DNA from: Deltaproteobacteria bacterium
GTDB taxonomy: Bacteria; Myxococcota_A; UBA9160; SMWR01
NCBI GenBank assembly: GCA_032128115.1
Contig: JAQBHB010000069.1
Location: 11,801-75,800 of the forward strand
Length of the DNA stretch: 64,000 nucleotides
Direction of reading: 5' to 3'
Shown here: positions 28,301 to 38,168 of the stretch, piece by piece
Layout: every line of letters starts with the position of its first letter
Position numbering within the stretch: the stretch's first letter is position 1
Position numbers and translations under genes: made by a program
Notes under the pieces: generated by a model
Databases searched by the model: none
Seen by the model: the letters and a program-made list of their open reading frames with translations, nothing else
Told to the model about the DNA's origin: nothing

Positions 28301-29632
28301 TCAGGGCTCGCGGCTGATCTCCTCGAGCTCGCGGCGCCCCGTCTCGGGCAGGAACCACACCACGATGGCCGCGGCCAGCGTGGCGAACACCACCACGCTG
28401 ATCATGGGGACATTGCTCTCGCCCGTCGCCGTTCCCAGGGCGACCAGCGCGAAGCCCGCACTCGCCCCCAGGGCCTCCATCAGCTGCAACCAGCCTCCGG
28501 CGGCCCCCCGATGCGAGGTGGGAAACAATTCCGTGGCCAGGGCGCGAGCGATCGTGATGCCCCCGGTCAGGGTGAAGACCAGGGGGATCCACAACAAGGG
28601 GAGCATCCAGGCCGGGCAGTGGTAGAAGCTGTACGCCAGCAATGGAAAGGCGCCGAACAACAGGACTCCCACGATCCGGCGGCCGCGCTCATCTGCGATT
28701 CGCCCGGTAAAGGGATGACCCACGATGCCCACCAGGCCCGCCGCTACCGCCATCAGCGTGAATTGCCAGGGCGCCCAGCCGTGCAGGGCCTGCACGTAGT
28801 AGGCCGAGAAGTTGAAGCCCACGGCGTGACCCATGGACGACAGGCCCCCGATCAGACCCACCGCCACCACGCGGCCCGGGTGCACGCGCGCCAGGCTCAC
28901 CACGGGCCTGAGCCAGGCCAGCAGGGGGTTCGATGCCTCGCCGCGGGCGGTTCGTTCCCGGCGCAGGGCGTGAAAGCGGCCCGTCTCGGGAACCCGCGCC
29001 CGGAACCACGGCAACATCAGGAGCGGTGCAACGCCCACCACGTACATGGCCCGCCACCCGAACGGCAGGTAGTCGATCACCGCGAACAGCAGCAACCCCA
29101 GCCCCGTGCCGAAGGCGGCCAGCGCCCCCAGGATGCCCACCCCCCAGCCCCGGTGCTCCTTGGGGAACTCCTCGCTCACGATCACGTACGCCATGGCGGA
29201 GCACGTGACCATGAAGGTGCGGCTGATCATCTGCAGGACCACGAACTGGGGCGTGCTCTGGGCGAAGGCCGAACCCAGGGTTGCCACGCTGATGCCGATC
29301 AGCGAAATCAGGAACAGGCGACGACGGCCGATGGAATCGCCCAGGGGCACCAGCAGGAAGGCGGGAATCGCCCCCAGCCGGATGAAGCTGAACAACTCGG
29401 CCAGGTCGGACTCGAGTACACCCAGGCCCTCCGCCACCTGCTTGGCGGCGGCGCTGAGCATGGACTGGTCGTAGCTCTCGAAGAGCAGCGCCAGTGCGAC
29501 ACCGCCCAGCATGTGGAGCTGGGCCGGCGGAATCTCGGGCGCGCGGCCCAGGAAACGCGGGATCCACCAGACCTGTCGCGTCGGAGTCGAACCTGATGCG
29601 CCTGCGTCGTCGGCAGACGGTTCGCGTCTCAC
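28301..29632 (-). CDS. Major facilitator superfamily transporter
   Basis: GDSIGRRR and ADERGRR motif A, EEFPKEHRG, ELFPTSHRG; GTG start overlaps the PFK stop (inferred). Confidence 0.9.
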   Translation of the reverse strand: MRREPSADDAGASGSTPTRQVWWIPRFLGRAPEIPPAQLHMLGGVALALLFESYDQSMLSAAAKQVAEGLGVLESDLAELFSFIRLGAIPAFLLVPLGDSIGRRRLFLISLIGISVATLGSAFAQSTPQFVVLQMISRTFMVTCSAMAYVIVSEEFPKEHRGWGVGILGALAAFGTGLGLLLFAVIDYLPFGWRAMYVVGVAPLLMLPWFRARVPETGRFHALRRERTARGEASNPLLAWLRPVVSLARVHPGRVVAVGLIGGLSSMGHAVGFNFSAYYVQALHGWAPWQFTLMAVAAGLVGIVGHPFTGRIADERGRRIVGVLLFGAFPLLAYSFYHCPAWMLPLLWIPLVFTLTGGITIARALATELFPTSHRGAAGGWLQLMEALGASAGFALVALGTATGESNVPMISVVVFATLAAAIVVWFLPETGRRELEEISREP

Positions 29633-30858
29633 AAGGGCGCGTAGCGCTTTCGGGCTTCGTCGGGATCCAGATTCGCCGCCTTCGCAATGGCAGCCAGCCG
29701 GCCCGGACTCTCCAGGTCTTCGGGGTGGATTCGCTCCTGCAACGCCAGCGCGCTCCGGTAGGAATCGGAATCGATGTTCACCGCGCGCACTCGCGCCCTT
29801 CCTGTAGCCGGATCCACGATGTCTGCGAACGGAACCGGCACGATGCGGCCAGCCTGGCGGGTGATGAGAACGCTGCTGGCCCCGCCCCGAAGCGCCTGCA
29901 CGGCGCCCACACCCAGGTCCCGGGTGTAATCGCGGTCGAAGGCGGTGGGGTAGCCGCAGCGCAGCTCGTAGCCCACGTCCTTTTCCCCGATGGTTACCTT
30001 CACGCCACGGCTGGCCAGGGCCTCGGACACCGCGGTACGCAGCACGCGGGCAATGGGCACCTCGGCCAGGCGGATGTGGCCGTGCTCGTCGCGCGGCACG
30101 TCGCGCAGGATCGGGTCGCTCTCGTCGAAATGGGACGCCACCCCTTCCGCAATCACCGCCACCCCGTCGGGTCGGCCCGCGGCCAGGCGCTTGACGATGG
30201 CGCCCTCGAGCGTGCGCACCACGTCCTCCAACCGGATGGGCCGATCGGGAAACTCCTCGGGAATCACGGTGATGGGCGCCCCCGCGGCCTTGCCGGCGCC
30301 CAGCGCCAGGTGACCCGCCGAGCGCCCCATCATCACGATGAAGAACCAGCGGTTGGTGGTGCGCATGTCCTCGAGGATGCGTTCCACCACGGTGGTCGCG
30401 TGCTCGCGGGCGGTCTCGAAGCCGAAGGTGGGAACCCCGTCGGGCAGCGGCAGGTCGTTGTCGATGGTCTTGGGCACGTGCACGACCTTGATGCGCCCCT
30501 CGGCGGCCTCGGCCACGCGGTTCGAGGAAGACGCGGTGTCGTCGCCCCCGATCGTGATCAGGTGATCCACACCGAGTCGGTCCAGGGCGCGGACGCAGTG
30601 GGCCAGGTGCTCGGGCCTCTTGGTGGGATTCGCGCGGGAGGTGTTCAGGATCGACCCCCCCTTCAGATGGATCTGCTCCACCGCCTGCGCGTCGAGTTCG
30701 CGCACGTGGCTCGTGTCGCCCTCCATGATCCAACGGAACCCGTCCAGGATGCCCACGACGCGATCGCCGCCACGGGCTGCCTGGGTCGCCGCGGCACCGA
30801 TGACCCCGTTGATACCGGGGGCGGGGCCGCCGCCTACCAGAATGCCGAACGTCTTCAT
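29629..30858 (-). CDS. pfp: Phosphofructokinase, probably pyrophosphate-dependent
   Basis: GGGPAPGINGVI, GGDDT (Asp typical of PPi-dependent enzymes), PKTIDNDL, MGR, GYELR. Confidence 0.9.
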   Translation of the reverse strand: MKTFGILVGGGPAPGINGVIGAAATQAARGGDRVVGILDGFRWIMEGDTSHVRELDAQAVEQIHLKGGSILNTSRANPTKRPEHLAHCVRALDRLGVDHLITIGGDDTASSSNRVAEAAEGRIKVVHVPKTIDNDLPLPDGVPTFGFETAREHATTVVERILEDMRTTNRWFFIVMMGRSAGHLALGAGKAAGAPITVIPEEFPDRPIRLEDVVRTLEGAIVKRLAAGRPDGVAVIAEGVASHFDESDPILRDVPRDEHGHIRLAEVPIARVLRTAVSEALASRGVKVTIGEKDVGYELRCGYPTAFDRDYTRDLGVGAVQALRGGASSVLITRQAGRIVPVPFADIVDPATGRARVRAVNIDSDSYRSALALQERIHPEDLESPGRLAAIAKAANLDPDEARKRYAPL

Positions 30859-30902
30859 TCGTTCTCCCCTCTCGAAGCGATGCGGTGATTGCGCCGATGA
30901 AC

Positions 30903-31838
30903 TCAGCGCTTGCGAAAGATGTCGACGACCTGGCCCGATCCGTCACTGGCACCACTCGGCCCCGCAGGATGCGTCGACGACGGCGACTTCCGCCCCCAGA
31001 GCACCGCCGGCTCGTCTTCGCGCGGGGCCGCAGGCGGCGGCGGCAGGCGCAGATCCCGGATCACCTCGGACGCCAGCTCCCGCATCTGGCTGTGGGGAGC
31101 CGTTCCCCGTGCATGGTGGAGGATCGACAGCGGACGGCCGCTGTCGGAATTGAGGGCCTCGACCCGGGGACTCCGGGAGAGATACGTCTTGTAGTAGGGC
31201 CAGCCGCGACTGCGCACTTCCTCGAGCACGGACTGGAACAGGGTGATTCCGCCACGGCTGGCGCGGGTGCGGCGATCGACCAGCGTAAACACGATGTGGG
31301 CGCGCTCTACACCCAGTCGCGAGCGTTCGAGGATGCGAAACGTCTTGCCCGCCTCCTCCATGGAGGCCCAGTCGGCCACCGGAATCAGGATGCGGTCCGC
31401 TGCGTGATAGGCGTTCAGGGTCAGGAATTCCAGGTCGCTCTTGGTGTCCAGCAACACGATACCCGGCCAGGCCGTGCGCTGGAGAATGCGTCGCAGGGCC
31501 ACCGGGTTCTCGGCGCGCGCCTTGAGCAGGGTCACGTCCGGGGGCGAGGGCACGAAGTGCACGCCGTACTGACCCAGCTGGATCACCCGGGACAGATCGC
31601 GCTCGGCCCAGCCGTGCTTGAGGTTGCCTTCGCTCGGTCCGGGCCGGGCCAGGGCGAACATCCGGTCCAGGGTCATCTGGTCGTCGAGGCTCACCGCGAG
31701 CACCGGAAGATCCTCGCGCAGGGCGCGCAGGTACACGGCCAGGTTCGCGGCCAGGGTGGTCTTGCCGACACCGCCCTTGTTGGACGAGACGGCGACGACG
31801 GATGTGCGCAAAGTCGACGCGGGGGGAGCGTCCGTCAC
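30903..31838 (-). CDS. ParA/MinD family ATPase (orphan)
   Basis: Deviant Walker A NKGGVGKTT, Walker B region LLDT, AADRILIPV. Confidence 0.88.
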   Translation of the reverse strand: MTDAPPASTLRTSVVAVSSNKGGVGKTTLAANLAVYLRALREDLPVLAVSLDDQMTLDRMFALARPGPSEGNLKHGWAERDLSRVIQLGQYGVHFVPSPPDVTLLKARAENPVALRRILQRTAWPGIVLLDTKSDLEFLTLNAYHAADRILIPVADWASMEEAGKTFRILERSRLGVERAHIVFTLVDRRTRASRGGITLFQSVLEEVRSRGWPYYKTYLSRSPRVEALNSDSGRPLSILHHARGTAPHSQMRELASEVIRDLRLPPPPAAPREDEPAVLWGRKSPSSTHPAGPSGASDGSGQVVDIFRKR

Positions 31839-31873
31839 GGCGGGAAGAGTACCTATCGGGTACGATGGCGGCC

Positions 31874-32605
31874 ATGACGGCCGTAGGCGTGATTCCCGCG
31901 CGTTACGAAGCCTCCCGTTTCCCCGGCAAGCCCCTGGTGGAGATCGCTGGGATTCCCATGCTGCGCCGGGTCTGGGAGGGGGCGCGAGCCGCCAAGAGCC
32001 TGCGCGACGTGATCGTCGCCACCGACGATCCCCGCATCGTTGCGGCCTGCGAGGACTTCGGCGCCCCGGTGATACTGACTCGCCCCGAGCACCCCACCGG
32101 GACCGACCGGCTGGCCGAGGTGGCCCTTCGACTCGACGACGAGATCGTGGTCAACATCCAGGGAGACGAGCCCCTGATCGAGGGCTTCGTGATCGACGCC
32201 GCCGTCGAGATCCTGCGCGAAGACCCCGCCCTGTCCATGTCCACCGTGGTCCACCCGGCAGACGACCACGGCCTGGACGATCCCAATCGGGTCAAGGTGG
32301 TTATCGATCGCATGGGCAACGCCCTCTACTTCTCCCGCAGCCGGATTCCAGCGCTGCGCAACCCGCCCGCTCCGGCCTACTGGCAGCACGTGGGCCTGTA
32401 CGCATACCGGCGCGCGTTCCTGCTGGACTTCGTGGAGATGGTGCCGACGGCGCTGGAGCGTTGCGAAGGCCTTGAGCAGCTGCGCGCCCTGGAGAACGGC
32501 CATCGCATTCGCTGTGCCATCGTGCGGGAGTGGCGGAGTATCCCCGTCGACGTTCCCGACGACGTGGCCCGGGTGGAGGCGCGCCTGCGCGAGCTGGGCC
32601 GATGA
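31874..32605 (+). CDS. kdsB: 3-deoxy-manno-octulosonate cytidylyltransferase
   Basis: IPARYEASRFPGKPL, GTDRLAE, NIQGDEP, ALYFSR, HVGLYAY, LEQLRALE. Confidence 0.96.
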   Translation: MTAVGVIPARYEASRFPGKPLVEIAGIPMLRRVWEGARAAKSLRDVIVATDDPRIVAACEDFGAPVILTRPEHPTGTDRLAEVALRLDDEIVVNIQGDEPLIEGFVIDAAVEILREDPALSMSTVVHPADDHGLDDPNRVKVVIDRMGNALYFSRSRIPALRNPPAPAYWQHVGLYAYRRAFLLDFVEMVPTALERCEGLEQLRALENGHRIRCAIVREWRSIPVDVPDDVARVEARLRELGR

Positions 32606-32621
32606 TCGGGCCACGGGAAGC

Positions 32622-33578
32622 ATGAGCGAACGGCTCGACGCCCGCACGGTGCGCGAATGGGGAGAGCGTTACTCCAACTGGGGACGCTGGGGCGAGGACG
32701 ACGAGCGCGGGACCCTCAACTTCATCACCCCCGAGCGGATCCTGGCCGCGACCGCGATCCCCCGCATCGGACGCGTGATCTCGTGCGCCCTTCCCTTCGA
32801 CCAGAACGGCCCCCAATCCGGTCTCGCGGGGCGCCACAATCCCATCCACACCATGTTGGCGGACGGGGGCGACGCCCTGGCGGGCGCCCAGGACTTCCTG
32901 CCCGGCGGCTTCAACTACGCCGACGACGCGGTCAGCATGCCGCTCCAATGCGGCACCCAATGGGACGCGCTGGCCCACGTCTTCTACGACGGCAAGATGT
33001 ACAACGACCGCGACATCAAGCTCGTGACCAGCAGCGGCGCCAAGGCCAACTCGATCGACCGCATCCGGGACGCGGTGGTGGGGCGCGGTGTCCTGCTGGA
33101 TCTGCCCCGACACGCCCGGCTCGACTGGCTGGTCGACGGCACGCCCGTGCTTCCCGAAACGCTGGACGCGTGCGCCGAAGACCAGGGGGTGGCCATCGGG
33201 TCCGGCGACATCCTGCTGGTGCGCACCGGAATGATGACCCGTTGCCTGCAGCAGAAATCCTGGCAAGGCTACTGCGGCGGCGACGCCCCGGGCCTCTCGA
33301 TCCACTGCGCCCGCTGGCTCTACGAGCGCGAGATCGCGGCCATCGCTACGGACACCTGGGGTGTCGAGGTGCGACCGAACGAGACCCCCGACTGCTTCCA
33401 ACCGCTGCACATGATCTCGCTGCGGAACACCGGCCTCCTGTTCGGTGAGATCTTCCTCCTGGACGACCTGGCCCGGGCCTGTGCCGAGGACGGCAACTAC
33501 GAGTTCCTCTTCACGGCGCCCCCGCTGCCCATCACCGGCGCCGTCGGCTCGCCCATCAATCCACTCGCGATCAAGTGA
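32622..33578 (+). CDS. Cyclase family (kynurenine formamidase-like) metal-dependent hydrolase
   Basis: NWGRWGEDDERGTLN, QCGTQWDALAH, GRGVLLD, GDILLVRTG, GAVGSPINPLAIK. Confidence 0.9.
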   Translation: MSERLDARTVREWGERYSNWGRWGEDDERGTLNFITPERILAATAIPRIGRVISCALPFDQNGPQSGLAGRHNPIHTMLADGGDALAGAQDFLPGGFNYADDAVSMPLQCGTQWDALAHVFYDGKMYNDRDIKLVTSSGAKANSIDRIRDAVVGRGVLLDLPRHARLDWLVDGTPVLPETLDACAEDQGVAIGSGDILLVRTGMMTRCLQQKSWQGYCGGDAPGLSIHCARWLYEREIAAIATDTWGVEVRPNETPDCFQPLHMISLRNTGLLFGEIFLLDDLARACAEDGNYEFLFTAPPLPITGAVGSPINPLAIK

Positions 33579-36124
33579 ACGAGCGCGCCCGTCCGGCGAT
33601 CGTCATCGCATGGCTGTTCGCCATCTCGGGCGCAGCGGGCCTGATTCTCGAGACCACGTGGCTGCGCTGGTTCGGGTTGCTGTTCGGCGCGACGGCCCCT
33701 GCCACCGCGGCCACCCTGGTGGCCTTCCTGGCGGGCCAGGCCACGGGCGCCGCCGCGGCGGCCCGACTGGCCGCGCGCATGCGTCGACCGCTGCGGATCT
33801 TTGCCGGCCTCATGATCGCGAGCGCCGCCTGGGCGCTGCTGGTACCGCTGGGAATCGGCGCCGGCGAGGCATTCACCGCCGCCTTCTACGATGAGCTTCG
33901 CACCGCGCCCGGCGCATTGTCCTGCGTGCGCTTCGCCATCGCCCTCGGGGCCACGCTTCCCGCCGCGGCGTGCTGGGGCGCGGCGTTCCCGACGCTTGGC
34001 GCCGCACTGCTCTCCGACCGTCGACCTCCGGGGTCCCGCGGCGCGGCGCTCTACGCCGCCAACCTGGCCGGCGCCGCCGTGGGGGCGGCGGCTGCCGCCT
34101 TCTGGCTGCCCGAGTGGCTGGGCGTGAACGGCACCTACGGCGTGGGAATCGCGCTCGAAGTGGGGGTCGGCGTGGCCGCCCTGGCCATGCTGAGAAGGAT
34201 GACGCTCCCCGCGCCGGACGCGGAACCCCTCATGGTCGGCGGGCCGCTTCCCGGGCCGCGCGCCCTGGCCGCGCTGGCCAGCGTGTCCGGGTTCGGGACG
34301 TTTGCCGCCCAGGTGCTGCTGGTGCACGCCTTCGCGCTCGTGCTCGACCAGTCGGTGTACGCGTTCGGTGCGGTGCTGGCGGTGGTGTTCGTGTGCCTGG
34401 CCTGCGGCGCGGGAGGCGTTGCGCTCGCCAGTCGATCCAGTCGCGTGACGCCGTCCGGCCTGCTGGGCGGCTCGCTGGTGGTGACCGCACTGGGCCTGGC
34501 CTGCTTTCCAGCACTCTTCCATACCATCACCGGCGGGCTCGGTCTCGCCGCCTCTGAAAACTGGGCAAAACACCTGGCCTCGGCACTGTGGATGGCGGCC
34601 GCCACGGCTGGCCCCGGATTGCTGGCTGCAGGCCTGGTGTTTCCCGCCGTGCTGGCCGCGGCGGCGCCCGCGCCGGACGCGCCGCGTCCAGTGGCGGCGC
34701 GCCTGGGGCAGCTGGTGGCCGCCAACACCCTCGGCGCTCTGCTGGGTGCCGTAGCCGCCCCTTTTCTGCTCCTGCCCTTCGTGGGCCCGTGGCGCGCGTT
34801 CGCAGTCGTGGGCCTGGTCTACGGGGTGGCCTCCCTGTTCGTGCCGACCCCTGATCGCCGGGGCCGGATGCTGCGCGACGGGGTCCTGGCCCTGGGCTGG
34901 CTGGGAATCCTGGCGCTGGCGAGTCCATTCTCGCTGCCCGCGGTCACGCCCGAGGCCGGAGAGACGCTGGTCTACCAGGTCACCACGCCTTCCGGAAGCG
35001 TGGCGGTGATCGAGCGCGACGGCGAGCACCTGATCCGCAGCGACAACCACTACAACCTCGGGGGCACGGCCGAGGTGCTTCATCAGGAGCGCCAGGGTCA
35101 TCTGCCCCTGCTGTTGCACCCGGACGCGCGGCGCGTGGCGTATCTGGGATCCGCCACCGGGATCAGCGCGGGGGCGGCGACCCTCCACCCCGTGACCAGC
35201 ATGCACCTGGTCGAGATCGCGCCCGGTGTGGCTGATGCGGCGCGCCGCTACTTCCGCGCTGCCAACCGCCAGGTGCACGAAGACCCGCGAACCCGGATCG
35301 TGCTCGACGACGCGCGGAACTTTCTCCGCGCCAGTCGCGAGCGCTTCGACGTGATCGTGGCCGACCTGTTCGTTCCGTGGCGGTCGGGATCCCATGCGCT
35401 CTACGCGTTGGAACACTTCCAGGCGGCGCGCGCGCGCCTGGATTCCGGCGGCCTGTTCTGCCAATGGCTTCCCCTCTACCAGCTCACGCCCGGCGAATTC
35501 CAGATGATCGCGGCCACGTTCCTCGACGCGTTTCCCGAGAGCGCGGTGTTCCGGGGCGATTTCTACGGAAGCTTTCCCATCGCGGCGCTCGTGGGGTGGA
35601 GGGATCGACCGGCCCCGTTCCGCGAGGTGTCGGCGGCCGCGGCGCGCATGGCGGCGATTCCGGGCTTCGACGACCGCTGGCTGCGGGATCCCGTCGGGTT
35701 CTGGAGTCTCTACGTGGGTCCCCTGGCGGGGCTCGCGACCGTGCTTCGCGACGTGCCGCGCAACCGCGACGATCGCCCCCGCTTCGCGTACCTGGCGGCG
35801 CGCTCTCACGTGGGAGGCGGCCGCGGTGTGAGCGATCCGATGGTGGGGCTGCGCTGGGTGCGATTCCAGGAGACGCTGCAGCGGGCGTCCCAGCTCGGCG
35901 GCAATGCGATCGACCCGGGAGACGCGATCTACCCGGGCCTGGATGCGCGCGCGCGGGAGGCTTCCCATGGCGGCGCGCTTCTGCAGGCGGCCAGCTCCCT
36001 CTGGGTGGCCGGCCGCGCCCAGGAGGCGGCCCAGTTTCTGGCCCGGGCCAGCGAACTCCTTCCGCCCGAGCTGCTGGCCCAGGCGCCGGCCGACCCCAGC
36101 GCAGCCGACGTCTGGCCCGACTGA
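33575..36124 (+). CDS. Fused membrane (MFS-like) / spermidine synthase-like protein
   Basis: About 13 TMs with repeated LYAANLAGA / LVAANTLGA; C-terminal LGSATGIS, VEIAP, DDARNFL, DVIVADLF, QWLPLYQL. Confidence 0.88.
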   Translation: MNERARPAIVIAWLFAISGAAGLILETTWLRWFGLLFGATAPATAATLVAFLAGQATGAAAAARLAARMRRPLRIFAGLMIASAAWALLVPLGIGAGEAFTAAFYDELRTAPGALSCVRFAIALGATLPAAACWGAAFPTLGAALLSDRRPPGSRGAALYAANLAGAAVGAAAAAFWLPEWLGVNGTYGVGIALEVGVGVAALAMLRRMTLPAPDAEPLMVGGPLPGPRALAALASVSGFGTFAAQVLLVHAFALVLDQSVYAFGAVLAVVFVCLACGAGGVALASRSSRVTPSGLLGGSLVVTALGLACFPALFHTITGGLGLAASENWAKHLASALWMAAATAGPGLLAAGLVFPAVLAAAAPAPDAPRPVAARLGQLVAANTLGALLGAVAAPFLLLPFVGPWRAFAVVGLVYGVASLFVPTPDRRGRMLRDGVLALGWLGILALASPFSLPAVTPEAGETLVYQVTTPSGSVAVIERDGEHLIRSDNHYNLGGTAEVLHQERQGHLPLLLHPDARRVAYLGSATGISAGAATLHPVTSMHLVEIAPGVADAARRYFRAANRQVHEDPRTRIVLDDARNFLRASRERFDVIVADLFVPWRSGSHALYALEHFQAARARLDSGGLFCQWLPLYQLTPGEFQMIAATFLDAFPESAVFRGDFYGSFPIAALVGWRDRPAPFREVSAAAARMAAIPGFDDRWLRDPVGFWSLYVGPLAGLATVLRDVPRNRDDRPRFAYLAARSHVGGGRGVSDPMVGLRWVRFQETLQRASQLGGNAIDPGDAIYPGLDARAREASHGGALLQAASSLWVAGRAQEAAQFLARASELLPPELLAQAPADPSAADVWPD

Positions 36125-36125
36125 A

Positions 36126-37742
36126 CTACTGGATCCGGCGGTCGGCCCCTGCCCACTCCTTGTCCCGCAGGCGGAACTTCTGGATCTTTCCGGTGGCGGT
36201 CTTGGGCAGCTCCATGAACTCCACCGCCTTCGGGCACTTGAAATGGGCGATGCGCTCTCGGCAGAAGTCGATCAGATCCTGCTCCGTGGCCTCTCGCCCG
36301 GGCCGGAGCGCCACGAAGGCCTTCGGGACCTCGCCCCACTTCGGGTCCGGCATCGCGACCACCGCGCACTCGAGCACCGAAGGGTGCTTCACCAGCGTAT
36401 GCTCCACCTCGATGGTCGAGATGTTTTCGCCGCCGCTGATGATGATGTCCTTCTTGCGGTCGCGCAGCTCGAGGTAGCCGTCCGGGTGCATCACGCCCAG
36501 GTCGCCCGAGTGGAACCAACCACCGGCGAAGGCGTCCGCCGTGGCTTCCGGGTCGTCGAAGTATCCCTTCATCACGTTGTTCCCACGCATGACCACCTCG
36601 CCCATGGTCTCGCCATCGGCGGGAACGTCGACCATCTGGTCGTCGACCACCCGCAGGTGGGTGGCGACCGGATACGGCACACCCTGGCGCGACAGGACCC
36701 GGGCGCGGGCCGCAACGTCCAGCTCCTCCCACTCGGGCTGCATCTGGCAATAGACGTGGGGCCCGTAGGTCTCGGTCAGCCCATATAGGTGGGTGATGCG
36801 GATGCCCAATTCCTGCATCCGGGCCAGCAGGGTCGGCGAGGGCGGGGAGCCCCCGGTGGCCACCCGCAGCGGCGGATCGAATCGGATGCCGCGGGCAGAG
36901 GGATCCTCGGACAGCATCAGCAGCACCGTGGGAGCCCCGCAGAAATGGGTCACCCGGTGCTCGCGGATCTGCTGCAGCACCCGGGCCGGTTCGATGGCGC
37001 GCAGCATCACGTGGGTCCCCCCCGCGGCCGTGACGGCCCACGGAAAACACCAGCCGTTGCAGTGGAACAGGGGAAGCGTCCACAGAAAGATCGAATCCCG
37101 GTCGAGGCCGTGCACCATCACCTCGCTCAGCGCGTTGAGCGTCACGCCGCGGTGGGTGTACATCACGCCCTTGGGGCTGCCGGTGGTGCCGGAGGTGTAG
37201 TTGATCGACGTGAGGCGATCCTCGTCGTCCAGTGCGCTCGAGGTGGGCAGCACCGGCGCGCCGTCGAGGAACGCGTCGAAGCTGGGGCCGTCCAGGGGCG
37301 ACCCGATTGCGCCGGCCAACGGATCCTCCAGGTTCACCCAGGTGGGCGAGGTCTCGACACTGCCCCGGTCGATCTGGCTCGCCAGCTCGGGATCCACGAG
37401 CACCACTTTCGCCTGCGAATGATTCAGGATGTACGCAACCTCTTCCGATTGCAGCCGTGTATTGACGGTCACCAGCACCGCGCGCACGCGCAGAACGGCG
37501 AAGTGCGCCGCGAGCACGCCGGGGACATTCGGCGCCAGCAGCGCTACGCGATCGCCCGGCATGATTCCGGCGCGCACCAGGGCGCCGGCGAAGCGCCCGA
37601 CGAGTTCGGCGAAGCCGGACCAGCTCCACCGGCGGTCGCCGTAGATCACCGCGGTCTTGTCGGGAAACACGCGAAGCGTGCGCTCGAGAAACGCCAGGGG
37701 CGTCAGGGGATCGTGGGAAACGCAGAGGTCCGGGGCCGGCAC
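36126..37742 (-). CDS. Acyl-CoA synthetase (AMP-binding)
   Basis: YTSGTTGSPKG, FHCNGW, YGLTE, SGDLG, DRKKDIIISGGEN, PKTATGKIQK. Confidence 0.95.
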   Translation of the reverse strand: MPAPDLCVSHDPLTPLAFLERTLRVFPDKTAVIYGDRRWSWSGFAELVGRFAGALVRAGIMPGDRVALLAPNVPGVLAAHFAVLRVRAVLVTVNTRLQSEEVAYILNHSQAKVVLVDPELASQIDRGSVETSPTWVNLEDPLAGAIGSPLDGPSFDAFLDGAPVLPTSSALDDEDRLTSINYTSGTTGSPKGVMYTHRGVTLNALSEVMVHGLDRDSIFLWTLPLFHCNGWCFPWAVTAAGGTHVMLRAIEPARVLQQIREHRVTHFCGAPTVLLMLSEDPSARGIRFDPPLRVATGGSPPSPTLLARMQELGIRITHLYGLTETYGPHVYCQMQPEWEELDVAARARVLSRQGVPYPVATHLRVVDDQMVDVPADGETMGEVVMRGNNVMKGYFDDPEATADAFAGGWFHSGDLGVMHPDGYLELRDRKKDIIISGGENISTIEVEHTLVKHPSVLECAVVAMPDPKWGEVPKAFVALRPGREATEQDLIDFCRERIAHFKCPKAVEFMELPKTATGKIQKFRLRDKEWAGADRRIQ

Positions 37743-37999
37743 GCGCCCAGTATATCGTCACGGACTCGGACGCGGACCCGCAAAGGACGAGAACACGCGT
37801 CGCGCGCGAGGCAACGAGCCAGGTCCCTTCGGACGGGGAGTATCTCGCTGCGGAACTTCCGCTGCGACGTACGGACCCGGGGCCACCCCGCGCGCGACGC
37901 GCGAGCAGCATCTGCTGGCCTCATCATCGACACGTGGGAAGGCAGAATCGGTGCGGAGGATCACAATTGCGGGCCCGTGTGGGGCGGCCTCCGGGCGAG

Positions 38000-38061
38000 A
38001 AAAAGCCCCGGGAGCAGGTGCTTCACCCTTGCGCGGTCTACGGCATCCGCGCTCCCGGGGC
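38000..38061 (-). terminator. Intrinsic terminator with branched loop
   Basis: GCCCCGGGAGC...GCTCCCGGGGC 11-bp stem followed by TTTTT on the minus strand. Confidence 0.7.
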
Positions 38062-38123
38062 GGTGGCGCTGGGAACCTCGCGTCCCCCTCACGCCGAAAC
38101 GTCTCAAGCGATTCGGCCCGGCG

Positions 38124-38168
38124 TCAGGACGCCGCCACCTCACTCGCCGTAGAGCATTGTTGATGCAC
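38124..38168 (-). CDS. Putative 14-aa peptide MHQQCSTASEVAAS
   Basis: GTG start 7 nt after GGAGG within GGAGGTGAT, a 9-nt perfect complement of the canonical 16S rRNA 3' tail; TGA at 38124-38126. Confidence 0.5.
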   Translation of the reverse strand: MHQQCSTASEVAAS

